64,000 nt of DNA. Origin: Parcubacteria group bacterium Gr01-1014_3 (GTDB taxonomy: Bacteria > Patescibacteriota > Minisyncoccia > UBA6257 > WO2-44-18). Position numbers and translations under genes: made by a program. The stretch lies in assembly GCA_007376445.1 (NCBI GenBank), contig VMGF01000001.1, forward strand, positions 188,203 through 252,202, read 5' to 3'. The notes below the pieces were generated by a model that ran no database searches, was not told where the DNA came from, and saw only the letters and a list, made by a program, of their open reading frames with translations. Shown here piece by piece: positions 1 to 9,719 of the stretch (within the stretch, counting starts at the first letter, position 1; every line of letters starts with the position of its first letter).

Positions 1-462
1 GATGAATCGCAAGAAATGGCTCGCCACCCACATAACCGATACCCAAGCAATTGCCGCGCCGACGTGTATCTTTAAGAACTTTTTAAAATCCATTTTTTGC
101 CAACCAGCCATCAGTGGCACGAAGCGGTTTACGTAATATAAAAACTTAGAGAAAAAAGCCATCTTCCAATAATTAGAAATGAGATTTTTATTTATCCAGG
201 GTTCATAGCCCTTAGTTTTTTTAGAGAGCCAGATACCCAGCCTTGTGTCTTTCGAAAAACGACCCATATAATACCAGGTAATATCGCCTAGGATCACACC
301 AATTAAGGAAATAATCACGATACGCGTGAGGCTCAGCTCGCCCTGAATCGCGAAAATACTGGCGGTCACGAAAAAAATCTCACCCTCGATGAACATCCCG
401 ACAAATAAAATTAAATAAGCGATCGCCGGATTAGACACAACGAATTGTTCTAGAAAACCCAT
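1..462 (-). CDS. DedA/VTT family membrane protein (3' end runs off the window)
   Basis: Manual translation MGFLEQFVVSNPAIAYLILFVGMFIEGE...GDITWYYMGR...SKFLYYVNRFVPLMAG matches the DedA pattern; not in the ORF track because it is truncated. Confidence 0.8.
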   Translation of the reverse strand, partial: MGFLEQFVVSNPAIAYLILFVGMFIEGEIFFVTASIFAIQGELSLTRIVIISLIGVILGDITWYYMGRFSKDTRLGIWLSKKTKGYEPWINKNLISNYWKMAFFSKFLYYVNRFVPLMAGWQKMDFKKFLKIHVGAAIAWVSVMWVASHFLRFI

Positions 463-545
463 AGATACTATTATAACTTTTTTAAAGCAAAAAAACTGCC
501 TAGATTGAAAAATTAGTTTTCTCGTGATATAATATCGAGGTTGAT

Positions 546-620
546 GGTGCCCATAGTGTAGCGGCAACACTAGAGTTTGTGGAACTCTCATCACGGGTTC
601 GAATCCCGTTGGGCACCCCA
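546..620 (+). tRNA. tRNA-His(GTG)
   Basis: Cloverleaf with G-1, anticodon arm AGAGT-TTGTGGA-ACTCT, T loop GTTCGAATC, encoded CCA. Confidence 0.96.
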
Positions 621-694
621 TACCTTACAGAAATAAGTTTTTCCGTTGCGTGGTAGATTGACTTTTTTAAAAAATTAGCCTAAATTACCCTGTA

Positions 695-1273
695 ATGCCT
701 TTTATTAACATGGTTGTTTCTGCTTTAACAAAAATAATTTCCTTCTTTGATCAACATCAATGGCTGATCGCTCTTTTAGCGGGCCTCGTAGCGGTTTTTA
801 TCTATTACAAAGGGAGGAGTGATAACAAAAAAGACGCGGCGAAGCTCATTCTTCAAGAAATACGCTACGCCGATCAAAAAGTGAGGAATTATAGAACATA
901 TGACAGCTATAATTTTACCGAAAAGATATTGCCGACCAATAGCTGGCATAGAAATATCAATTTGTTTATCAGAGAATTGACGGAGTCGGAGCTTGATCTG
1001 ATCAGTAAGTTTTTCTCAAGCGCCACATATCTAGATGAGATAATTAAATCCATCGCTGAATCAAAAAATAGTCGATTTATCCAGGTTGAGGCTCCTGCTG
1101 TTGTGGGTGATACGCCGGTGGCGGTAGCTATGGGTACAGGTGGCCTGTCAGCGAATGACCCGTCCAAAAAATTAATTGAGGCCATTTCTAGAGATATTGA
1201 ATCCATATACAATACGCCCGCGGCTGATAAGTTAAGGAAAATTTCAGACAAAAAATTCCTCCTGTTTTTCTAG
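695..1273 (+). CDS. hypothetical protein with N-terminal TM helix, cargo of tRNA-His islet
   Basis: 192-aa ORF with TTGACT-17-TAAATT upstream; lies between the att-like repeats. Confidence 0.75.
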   Translation: MPFINMVVSALTKIISFFDQHQWLIALLAGLVAVFIYYKGRSDNKKDAAKLILQEIRYADQKVRNYRTYDSYNFTEKILPTNSWHRNINLFIRELTESELDLISKFFSSATYLDEIIKSIAESKNSRFIQVEAPAVVGDTPVAVAMGTGGLSANDPSKKLIEAISRDIESIYNTPAADKLRKISDKKFLLFF

Positions 1274-1312
1274 TGCTCTCGTGATACAATATTTATATAA
1301 AATTCATTTAAT

Positions 1313-1615
1313 ATGGCTGTCAGAATAACACATATCGCGCCTAAAATCGTACCTGTTCCCACATATAAGGTTCAGGCCCATTTGACTATCGAAAACTTCA
1401 AGTGGATAAATGAACAGAGCCTTGAAAGCGGCTTATCTTCACGGACCACGATGTTTGATTGGATTGTAAACAAGAAAGGCCAGGCCTATATTAAGGTCGG
1501 CGACACCATCATCTCTGTATTCGGCGCTGTTTCGCCAACTGGGCAGCAATATATTCGGTGCATAAAAGGCAATCAGTGGTCAGACGAACTTCTCGACCTA
1601 CCATTGGTAAACTAG
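1313..1615 (+). CDS. DUF3892-like protein
   Basis: MAVRITHI...W...R..M.DWI...G.AY.......S..G..YIR......W...LL.LP pattern; its stop codon lies inside the tRNA-His repeat. Confidence 0.7.
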   Translation: MAVRITHIAPKIVPVPTYKVQAHLTIENFKWINEQSLESGLSSRTTMFDWIVNKKGQAYIKVGDTIISVFGAVSPTGQQYIRCIKGNQWSDELLDLPLVN

Positions 1616-1661
1616 AGTTTGTGGAACTCTCATCACGGTTTCGAATCCCGTTGGGCACCCC
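1611..1661 (+). repeat. 51-bp direct repeat of the tRNA-His 3' part (att-like site)
   Basis: Matches 569-619 with one mismatch. Confidence 0.93.
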
Positions 1662-1666
1662 GGAAT

Positions 1667-1700
1667 AAAAAAACCACCCATTAATGGGTGGTTTTGGTTT
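1667..1700. terminator. bidirectional intrinsic terminator
   Basis: aaaaccaccca-ttaa-tgggtggtttt. Confidence 0.7.
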
Positions 1701-3064
1701 TAGTATTCTTTCCGCTCGGGGAGTTTCAGCGGTAGTTCGAAGCTGCCGAAAGCCTTATCGGCAAAAGCTTCCAATTCTTTGGCTAATCGATAACGTGGCC
1801 AAATCACCACTCTCCTGTCGTCATTGCGATAATCGTAGTCGGCCCTCGAGGCATAGATCACTACAAATTGTTCTTCGCAGAACTTTTGAAGAACAGCGTA
1901 ACCAGTCAGCTTCTTAGCCAGATCTCTGTCTAAGACCGGTTCATCGCCCTGCTTCAATGAATAATAGCCTACTGGCTTCCGATCAAGGTCAACATAAAAA
2001 CTGGTATCTCCAGTGTTGTAAGTTTCATCAGTCCGGCTCCAGCGACGCTCCCTATGATGGTCAGAAGCGCGAGGAATAAACAAACCGAGATTGCCAGAAT
2101 AGCTCGGAACCCGAATTACCCAGCCACCGATCTCCATGAGATGAACTCTGCCAAGCTCTATCCGAATCTTATCAGGAGATGTGTTTTTTATGATTTTCTC
2201 GTCTGAACTCCAGGAACCCCCGCAGTGAAATTTGATCTGTGCGGCTGCCTCTTGATCACACAAGATCCGCATTCCTCTTTCGTTATAACCCGTCCCGACA
2301 ACAGCGTAATCGCTGGCTTGAGGAAAAAAGTAAATCATCTTGTAATAACGAAGGCTTGGAATCTGTCCGGTGCGCCAATCGTGAATGGTATATGCCCGGC
2401 AGAAAGCGTCTTGATATTTCTTCATGAACGCAGCGTTGCTTGGATTTTTTTCCAGGCGGGCCGGTGATTCGACCTTGGTATTGCTATCCTTGCCGATCGG
2501 ATAAATGAAGTAGCCACTCTCCGTAACGACTCCATAATCATCATGATTCTCTCGCCTCTCAAAGATCAGCCAGCAATTTTCCGGCGGATACTTCTTGATC
2601 AGCTCGCGTTGTTCGTCGGTAGAACAAATGCTTTCTGGCGATATGTTCTGAGTCGCGATATTCTCAGCCTCTTTAGAATCAGTTTTTGATTCAAAAACTG
2701 GCATGAGCGTTAAGATGATAAAGATTGTTAACGAGCTGACCAGGATGGAGAATATAAAGATGTACCATGCTATTAGTAACTTTGAGATCTCTTTTTCTTC
2801 TGCCGGCGGCTTAATACGCTTTGCTACGGCATTATTCTCTTCAACCTTCATACTCACCAGCTCATCAGCTATCTTATGTGCCTGCTTAATATCGTGCCGA
2901 TCAATTGCCTCCTGCAATCTCGATCGCATCGGTTCGTACCTTGGGTCGTCAAAATCCAACATGAAGTTACACAAAGAATTGGCAGCACGCTTAGCCCTAT
3001 GGAAATCTCCCTGATCAATCGCGTTATGAAAAGATTTCAATAGATCGCCATCGTGTTCGTCCAT
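1700..3064 (-). CDS. hypothetical single-pass membrane protein
   Basis: 454-aa ORF with SD GGAGG and its own promoter; one TM segment. Confidence 0.75.
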   Translation of the reverse strand: MDEHDGDLLKSFHNAIDQGDFHRAKRAANSLCNFMLDFDDPRYEPMRSRLQEAIDRHDIKQAHKIADELVSMKVEENNAVAKRIKPPAEEKEISKLLIAWYIFIFSILVSSLTIFIILTLMPVFESKTDSKEAENIATQNISPESICSTDEQRELIKKYPPENCWLIFERRENHDDYGVVTESGYFIYPIGKDSNTKVESPARLEKNPSNAAFMKKYQDAFCRAYTIHDWRTGQIPSLRYYKMIYFFPQASDYAVVGTGYNERGMRILCDQEAAAQIKFHCGGSWSSDEKIIKNTSPDKIRIELGRVHLMEIGGWVIRVPSYSGNLGLFIPRASDHHRERRWSRTDETYNTGDTSFYVDLDRKPVGYYSLKQGDEPVLDRDLAKKLTGYAVLQKFCEEQFVVIYASRADYDYRNDDRRVVIWPRYRLAKELEAFADKAFGSFELPLKLPERKEY

Positions 3065-3250
3065 CGGAGCACCTCCAAATAGGTTTCAAGAAACTGGGTA
3101 TATATTATCAAAAAAATGGCAAAAGTCAAACAATAAAAATCCCCCGCAGATGGCTTGGGTTGTGATTGCCATACTGCGGGGGCTGCCCCGGGCCAGAATC
3201 CACTTATTGTGTGGCCATGGCCCGGGGCGGGGGTGGGGAGGGAGAGCTTG

Positions 3251-3700
3251 TTAGGCCGCCGAGGACTCGAACTTGCGCTCGAGGTCCAGCAGGGTCGCCG
3301 TCACCTCGTCCTGCTCGCTCGAAACCTCGAGCTTGCGGGAGATCGGCGTCGGCTTCGGCTCCTTCATCGGAGGAACATCCAGCGGCGTTCCGTTCAGGAG
3401 ATACACGAGGTATGCCTTCCGACGGATTCGCTTGCCGTTGAACAGACGGATGATCGCTCGACGGCCCTTCTTTCGCTCAAGTCTCCCGAGGGAGAACTCC
3501 TTGTGATTGCCCGGAATGTCGAACCAGAGCACCAGGCGCCCATCGAACTTTCTCTCCGTCGCCGTGTTCGTTGGGGTTTCCTGATCGTCCTGCTCTTCCT
3601 GCTTGTGCCTGCGCGCCGAGACCATCTTGATCAGGGACACGATCCCCAGGATCGCGAAAATGATCGCCAGGGAAACCAGAACCACCGCTTCGATCTTCAT
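3251..3700 (-). CDS. hypothetical membrane-anchored protein
   Basis: Start reassigned to MKIEAVV after SD GGAGG; perfect TTGACA-17-TATAAT upstream. Confidence 0.7.
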   Translation of the reverse strand: MKIEAVVLVSLAIIFAILGIVSLIKMVSARRHKQEEQDDQETPTNTATERKFDGRLVLWFDIPGNHKEFSLGRLERKKGRRAIIRLFNGKRIRRKAYLVYLLNGTPLDVPPMKEPKPTPISRKLEVSSEQDEVTATLLDLERKFESSAA

Positions 3701-3776
3701 TGTTTTGCCTCCAAAAGGGGGTTTTGAATCTCTATCTCCACTCCTCATTACGAGGAACTGGTTGAATTATAGCACA

Positions 3777-4460
3777 CTATTCCAGGCTTGTCAAGACCCG
3801 CCATTTTACGCTATTTGTGTGGGTAATGACCTCTCTTAAATCCTCTGGTATGCCCAACACGACCCATTCCGAAAGTCGAGGGACAATGCGCCGAATACCC
3901 CTAAACCGCCTGACGTCTTCAGTAAATCTTGATAGAGGCGCAAGGCACAATCCCTCACTGGGAGTCATGTGAATAACGCTCAAGCCATTACTCTCCACCA
4001 CAATACCCACATGACCAATACCGGCCCCAGGGTCGTTTTCGAACCTATCTTTCTTTCCAGATTTGAAAATCAAATCTCCAAACTGTGCTTCGGAAACCGA
4101 CACTTCTTTGCTTATCTCAGATTGTTCGATAGATAGCCTAGGGATTTCCACACCAATTCCTCGATAGAAATACTGCACCATACTAGAGCAGTCCATACAT
4201 AATGGAGCCTCACTTGGTTTTGCGCCACGCCGATATTGATATTGACCAGAAAGAAGTAGGGCCGCTTGTAAATTCATGGCTAAAAGTATGTTGGCTTGTA
4301 CTGGATTAAACGGAACGGGTAGAATACTTCTCCCGGGTCTTATGGCCTTGAAGCCTAACTTTTCCAGAGAACCCATGACCTCTTCAACCGGCTTATCTAT
4401 AGATTTATAGTTGAAAAGCACCAAGTCTTTGGTCGCGTGAAAGTTGATCTTGAGATCCAA
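3777..4460 (-). CDS. NlpC/P60 family cysteine peptidase
   Basis: DCSSMVQY, GDLIF and GHVGI motifs. Confidence 0.85.
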   Translation of the reverse strand: MDLKINFHATKDLVLFNYKSIDKPVEEVMGSLEKLGFKAIRPGRSILPVPFNPVQANILLAMNLQAALLLSGQYQYRRGAKPSEAPLCMDCSSMVQYFYRGIGVEIPRLSIEQSEISKEVSVSEAQFGDLIFKSGKKDRFENDPGAGIGHVGIVVESNGLSVIHMTPSEGLCLAPLSRFTEDVRRFRGIRRIVPRLSEWVVLGIPEDLREVITHTNSVKWRVLTSLE

Positions 4461-4549
4461 GATTCCCTCCTTATTGTTAATAAACTAGCTCGATTTTACC
4501 ATATTTTTTGCCTTAGGTCAAATGACCGGCTTCATATATAATAGGCATT

Positions 4550-5428
4550 ATGAACCAGCTTAAAACCACTTTACTACTCGGCGGACTGACCGGCCTCCTC
4601 CTCGGCGCCGGATATTATCTCGGCGGGCAAAATGGCCTGACGATGGCTTTGGTTTTGTCTGTTGTGATGAACCTCGGCTCATACTGGTTCTCCGATAAGA
4701 TCGTGCTCGCGATCTACGGAGCTAAAGAAATCCCGCCATCCGACAATCCCCGCTTGCATCAGATGATTGAAAAACTGGCCGCCGAAGCCCAGATGCCAAA
4801 ACCAAGAATTTATCTCGCCAATTTGCCAGTACCAAATGCCTTTGCCACCGGACGGAATAAAAATCACGCCGTGGTTGCCGTCACCCCGGCCATTCTCCAG
4901 CTTTTGGATGAAAAAGAACTGGAAGGCGTACTGGCTCATGAGATTTCGCATATTCAGAACCGGGATATTCTAATATCCAGCATCGCCGCCACGCTGGCTG
5001 GCGCGATTTCTTATCTCGCGCAGATGGCTTATTGGGCCGGTATGTTCGCTGGTGGCCGGAGCGATGATGACCGCCGCGGTAGCCCGATCGGAATGCTGGC
5101 GCTTCTCATTTTAACTCCATTAATCGCTACCCTGCTCCACCTGGCCGTCAGCCGATCCCGCGAATATCAGGCCGACGCGACTGGCGCGAAAATTTCTAAG
5201 AATCCGGAAGGCCTCGCGAGCGCGCTCATCAAACTTCACCAGTCTTCCAAGATGCGTCCGCTCCTCGGCCAACCCCGCCACGCAGCGAGTTTACCCGCCG
5301 AGGTGGGCGCGCATTTGTTTATCGTTAATCCGTTCAAAGCTTCTTTGGTGATGTCGTTATTGTCTACCCACCCACCCGTTGAAGAAAGAGTTAAGCGATT
5401 GCGTGAAATAAAATCACCCACGTACTAA
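4550..5428 (+). CDS. htpX: zinc metalloprotease HtpX
   Basis: PNAFATG, HEISH, SRSREYQAD, STHPP. Confidence 0.95.
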   Translation: MNQLKTTLLLGGLTGLLLGAGYYLGGQNGLTMALVLSVVMNLGSYWFSDKIVLAIYGAKEIPPSDNPRLHQMIEKLAAEAQMPKPRIYLANLPVPNAFATGRNKNHAVVAVTPAILQLLDEKELEGVLAHEISHIQNRDILISSIAATLAGAISYLAQMAYWAGMFAGGRSDDDRRGSPIGMLALLILTPLIATLLHLAVSRSREYQADATGAKISKNPEGLASALIKLHQSSKMRPLLGQPRHAASLPAEVGAHLFIVNPFKASLVMSLLSTHPPVEERVKRLREIKSPTY

Positions 5429-5663
5429 TTTTGCTTTTTCAATATTCAAATATTTTTTAATCTTAAGTCTCTTCTAAATTAAAACAGCGATACGCTAGAG
5501 ATCACGGCTATTCGCCGCCCGCGTATCGCTGTTTATATATCGGCAAAATTAGTACGGGGTTTAATTCCGGTGGCTTAATTTTCTGCGCTTATCAGCTTGA
5601 AAATTCAGACCGGAATTAAAAAAGCCCCGGGAAGAAAATATATCTCCAGGGGTTCAATGTCCA

Positions 5664-5912
5664 CTAACTTCTTGGCTCACACAGATTATAAGCATGGAAC
5701 AGCTTAATTGATCCCGTGAAAAGCCACAGTCCAATCCCCGCCGGAGTGAACCACCAGCTATTTCCGGTAACGGCCTGGGCGATGTAGGCAATCACCACGC
5801 CAAAACAGGCCATGCCGCAAAAAAGATTAAATGACCTAGATCTTCGAAGGGAAGGCTGAAGTCCAGCGGATATTAACACTGCGACGATCACCGATAACAA
5901 CGCCATGATCAT
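5664..5912 (-). CDS. small hypothetical membrane protein
   Basis: 82 aa, three hydrophobic segments, SD AAGGAGG, own promoter. Confidence 0.65.
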   Translation of the reverse strand: MIMALLSVIVAVLISAGLQPSLRRSRSFNLFCGMACFGVVIAYIAQAVTGNSWWFTPAGIGLWLFTGSIKLFHAYNLCEPRS

Positions 5913-6022
5913 TCCGACCTCCTTTCAAGATACGGCCATGTACTGGGATGGATGATACCATACCACTTTGATACAGTCAATTGTAAATTTTCTAGTAAAC
6001 TTGTATAATAATCAGGTTCAGC

Positions 6023-6093
6023 GCCCTCGTCGTTCAATGGAAGGACGCAAGATTGCGGATCTTGCAATTGAGGTTCAATTCCTCACGAGGGCA
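6023..6093 (+). tRNA. tRNA-Arg(GCG)
   Basis: Acceptor GCCCTCG/CGAGGGC; anticodon arm CAAGA-TTGCGGA-TCTTG. Confidence 0.92.
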
Positions 6094-6175
6094 CACTTCG
6101 ACAAGCTCAGTGCGAGCACTTCGGAAATCATTACAGAAAACTTGTAGTGAGCAAGGCCGAACTACTCAGTGCGAG
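6094..6175 (+). repeat. REP-like element (23-bp hairpin plus one 59-bp unit) directly after tRNA-Arg
   Basis: Near-identical to the reverse complement of 10158-10239 next to tRNA-Ser. Confidence 0.9.
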
Positions 6176-6179
6176 CAAT

Positions 6180-6647
6180 CTAGAATTTCATCAACTTTCC
6201 TAAATGCTCCACTAAAGACTCTTCGTAATCCAGCTCCGGAAGGTGCTGATGGATAAAATCTTTGATCCTCTCAAAATCAGAGGTACTGCATAACATTTTA
6301 ATATGCGGAGAAAACTGTCCCTTTTTGGTCAAAACTAACTCGCTACTTATTTCGTCCAATCGGCGCATAGAGAATCCGCTCAAGTCAGCGTACTGATAGA
6401 ATTTGTGATCATGGATCGCCACGCCCTCTTTGGTCAATCTAAATTCCACGAACTCCGGCTCGCGGGTACCCCAGACGATGATCATGATCTCGGCTAGTAC
6501 CGCGAAGACGGCAAAAAGAAAATTCCCTTGCCAAAGCGCGATACCGATGATCACAATAGCCAAAATAATGCTCAACCAATGCCAATCCGCGCCCTTGCTG
6601 AAATGCTCATACTCCGGCGCTGTCCATTTGATCTCCTTTTCACTCAT
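6180..6647 (-). CDS. conserved CPR-type membrane protein (DUF5673-like)
   Basis: IKWTAPEY...DW.W followed by two TM helices and a soluble domain. Confidence 0.7.
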   Translation of the reverse strand: MSEKEIKWTAPEYEHFSKGADWHWLSIILAIVIIGIALWQGNFLFAVFAVLAEIMIIVWGTREPEFVEFRLTKEGVAIHDHKFYQYADLSGFSMRRLDEISSELVLTKKGQFSPHIKMLCSTSDFERIKDFIHQHLPELDYEESLVEHLGKLMKF

Positions 6648-6764
6648 TGTTTCATTATACTAAATCTCTACAAAAATCTCTGTAAGATAATTTTAAATTA
6701 TAATTTTTAAATTTAAAATTAAATTAAAATTTCAAAATTTGAAATTGAAAATTATTGATTTAGA

Positions 6765-7715
6765 TCATGACTTACTCAACACAGAATCAACTATATTGCC
6801 CAACAATTCTGAAAAATTGATTCCCGCGGCCTTAGCTTGTTGTGGGAGCAAGCTCGTCGCCGTCATGCCGGGAATGGTGTTGATTTCCAGGACATAATAA
6901 TTTTTATCTTTATCCTGGATCACATCGGTGCGGGAAAAATGCCGGGCGCCGATAGCGCGGTGGGCTTTGATGGCGATCTCCTGGATCTTCTCGATCTCCA
7001 CGCTCGGGATCTCCGGCGGCGTGATCTCTCGGGTGACTCCGGGTGTGTATTTCGCTTCGTAATCAAAAAAATCTGAGTGATAAGTGATGATTTCGGTTGG
7101 AGGAAGCGCCTGAATCTCGCCGTTGATCTCCGCCACACCGCAGGTAAACTCCCGGCCCTTAACATATTCCTGCAACATTATTTTTTTAGAAAACTTGGCG
7201 GCTTTCTGAAGAGCTGGAAGTAAATCCTGAACTTTTTTAACGATACTTATGCCCACGCTCGATCCCCGGTCGGCTGGTTTGACCACCATCGGGAAAATAA
7301 ACCGGATCTGCTCTAGGCTGATCTTTTTCGGATCTTTAATGGTCATTAATGTGAATTTCGGCGTCCGCAAACCGGCCTTTTCAAAAAACTTAGCTGATTC
7401 GGCCTTATCAATACCGATCCCGCTGGCGCGCGAATCCGAACCGGTATAGGGAATCTGTGCTTTTTCCAAAATTTTCTGAATCTGACCATCTTCACCGTAT
7501 TCTCCATGCATCGCTACAAAAGCCACGTCAAAATTCGCCTTCACTTTCGCGAGCGTGACCGGCCACTTCCCTTTTTTGCTGATGACCACGGCCTTGGCGG
7601 AATATTTTTCTTTATCCAAAGACTCCAGTACTTTTTCACCGGTCGCTAAAGAAATGTCGTGCTCCGCCGACGGCCCGCCCATCAGAACTACTACGCGAAT
7701 TCGTTTATTTTCCAT
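6765..7715 (-). CDS. ddl: D-alanine--D-alanine ligase
   Basis: GGPSAEH, HGEYGEDG, GSSVG, YEAKY, EINTIPG. Confidence 0.96.
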   Translation of the reverse strand: MENKRIRVVVLMGGPSAEHDISLATGEKVLESLDKEKYSAKAVVISKKGKWPVTLAKVKANFDVAFVAMHGEYGEDGQIQKILEKAQIPYTGSDSRASGIGIDKAESAKFFEKAGLRTPKFTLMTIKDPKKISLEQIRFIFPMVVKPADRGSSVGISIVKKVQDLLPALQKAAKFSKKIMLQEYVKGREFTCGVAEINGEIQALPPTEIITYHSDFFDYEAKYTPGVTREITPPEIPSVEIEKIQEIAIKAHRAIGARHFSRTDVIQDKDKNYYVLEINTIPGMTATSLLPQQAKAAGINFSELLGNIVDSVLSKS

Positions 7716-8859
7716 TCTTGTTTTCGGAAATGCGTTTTACTAATTTCGGCCAGCGAGCCAGCGGTTCAATAATTAAAAGTCCGATGACTTTATCTTTGGT
7801 GTAACCAGCCCGCTCTAACGCCATTACCGCCTCGATGCCGTCTTTAATCATTTCGTGATACTCCTCCACTAGAATTTTCTGGACGGATTCTCCTACGACT
7901 GGCGCGTAGCGTTTATAGATCTTAGGGTCTGGATTCGCGTATCCCTCGCGAAGCGATTTGAGGTAATCATAAAGCGGATTTTCTGTTAATGAATGATAGA
8001 TTTTTTCCTTGGCCGTTCCCCCTTTAAAATAAGCGAGAATTTCGTCTTTAGCGTGACGATCCGCCGCATCTTCACGTAAACTCCGAAGATTTTCGGAGAA
8101 CCTTTCTCTGAACTGCTTTTCATTCATCTTGCTTCCCTTTTTATTCAGCTCATGAACTTTTTCTTCGTCAAACAATCTTTTAATAACATGCTGTTCCTCA
8201 TGCTCGAATATGTCGCTTTTCGGATCTTCTCCGTATTTTACACCAACGCGCGATGAGTTTTCCGCCGAAATTAAACCCTTAACGCTCGGTAAATTGGATC
8301 CGTGAATAGCCATGCCATAGGCCATAGCGGCTACTTGTTTTTCGTCGTCTGACAGATCTTCTTTGCCGGTAAATTCTTCAGTGCTCAAATACGCGTAATC
8401 CTCCGGATCGAAGCACTGCACATAGATCATTGCGGGCGTAGTCCGGATTTTTATCTCGCCCTTGGGTTTTCGTCCAAATAATGCCACAAACATATCCTCG
8501 TCCTTTTTAAAGGTCGCGCTCACCCGCTCAATGGCTTTGTGTTTTTCTAAAAACCGGCCGATCACTTCGCGGCTGACGGTTTTTTGATAATCATCGAGAT
8601 CGTATTCTTTCGCGTACTGCTCAAGCGCCGTTTCTAAAATAATTCCAAGATCCTTAAGCGGCATCTTGCTCTCGCGGTGGATTATCTCCGTAAACTTCTC
8701 CTGCATATTAGCGAGGCCTAGCTTCTGCTCGACGATTTTTTCCTTGAATTCTTGGATACGCGAACGCCGCTCTTCTTTCGGAAGTTTTTTGATTACCTCA
8801 AGCTCCGCCTTAAGGTGCGAATTTGATTTGTTCCCCTCCGGTTGTTCGAATTTCGTCAT
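7705..8859 (-). CDS. hypothetical protein (HEEQH, possible HExxH metallopeptidase motif)
   Basis: 384-aa ORF overlapping the ddl start. Confidence 0.7.
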   Translation of the reverse strand: MTKFEQPEGNKSNSHLKAELEVIKKLPKEERRSRIQEFKEKIVEQKLGLANMQEKFTEIIHRESKMPLKDLGIILETALEQYAKEYDLDDYQKTVSREVIGRFLEKHKAIERVSATFKKDEDMFVALFGRKPKGEIKIRTTPAMIYVQCFDPEDYAYLSTEEFTGKEDLSDDEKQVAAMAYGMAIHGSNLPSVKGLISAENSSRVGVKYGEDPKSDIFEHEEQHVIKRLFDEEKVHELNKKGSKMNEKQFRERFSENLRSLREDAADRHAKDEILAYFKGGTAKEKIYHSLTENPLYDYLKSLREGYANPDPKIYKRYAPVVGESVQKILVEEYHEMIKDGIEAVMALERAGYTKDKVIGLLIIEPLARWPKLVKRISENKNGK

Positions 8860-8914
8860 AGCTTAAATTACCTATAATTTAACAAATAAAAAGCCGTCAG
8901 CCCAGGGCTGACGG

Positions 8915-9343
8915 TTATAACTTCGGTCCCCATTTTTTGGTCAGATTCTCTTTGGGCGGCCAGGACTTCCGGCGCCGCTTCTTTTTTAGCTTCGGCATTC
9001 CCGGCCATTTGAACATCGCCAGCGAATAATATTTCATCACTAGCTTCGGCGTGTAAACATGGAGCGTTTCGGCGATCTCGGTCTTCGAATCGTTGCCCAT
9101 GATATGGATCAGATCCGGGGTCTCGATCATCACGTCGCCCGCCACCATCACATCACGGCGCAAGAACTTCTTGGTCTTCTTATCAAAAACCAGCTGGAAA
9201 ACTTTACCGCTCAAAACCTTTACCTTGCCGTACGACTTACCATGATCATGCGGCCGGCTTTCAGCCCCCGGCGGCCATTTGATGTGAACCACCTCGATCT
9301 TTGGATTCTCGTGAAGAACATGCCGGTCGTATTTTTTCACCAT
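8915..9343 (-). CDS. cysteine dioxygenase-like cupin
   Basis: W.PG..S.PHDH, H.M.N, LHVY motifs; basic C-terminal tail. Confidence 0.8.
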   Translation of the reverse strand: MVKKYDRHVLHENPKIEVVHIKWPPGAESRPHDHGKSYGKVKVLSGKVFQLVFDKKTKKFLRRDVMVAGDVMIETPDLIHIMGNDSKTEIAETLHVYTPKLVMKYYSLAMFKWPGMPKLKKKRRRKSWPPKENLTKKWGPKL

Positions 9344-9404
9344 CTCGCCAACTCCTTTGAAGTGCTGAAAATAGCTTAATAGAAATTACGTTAACGGGCA
9401 AATG

Positions 9405-9602
9405 CTATTTTTCCATCCAATTAGCATTCACAAAGCTTTCACGAATTTTATCAGCCTCTGCATTGGTCAAAAATCCCGCAAAACAAGCGAGCATGACAAG
9501 GTTGCCAACGGCGGCGGCCTGTAATCCAAGCTGTTCTCTAAATTTTTCTCTAATTTCTTCCATGCTTGGCTTCTGTTCTGCTGGTTCCATTTTCTCTTTC
9601 AT
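9405..9602 (-). CDS. small hypothetical protein
   Basis: 65-aa ORF filling the intergenic space. Confidence 0.5.
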   Translation of the reverse strand: MKEKMEPAEQKPSMEEIREKFREQLGLQAAAVGNLVMLACFAGFLTNAEADKIRESFVNANWMEK

Positions 9603-9663
9603 TTTTTTAAATTAGTTAATTTATAATATACAGAGATAACGACTAGATGATTGTATCATATTA

Positions 9664-9681
9664 GCGGTGAGGGAGAGATTC
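9664..9681 (-). repeat. 18-bp direct repeat of the tRNA-Ser 3' end (att-like)
   Basis: gcggtgagggagagattc identical to 10239-10256. Confidence 0.85.
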
Positions 9682-9719
9682 CCTTCGGCTTTCGGCTCGC
9701 ATTGAGCTCGCCGAAATGC

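Noticed and set aside
1611-1661. Second tRNA-His gene
   Set aside because: Lacks the 5' acceptor strand and D arm; it is an att-like duplication
6053-6256. Similar short ORFs at 6053-6256 and 10068-10298 as a protein family
   Set aside because: The similarity comes from translating tRNA plus repeat DNA
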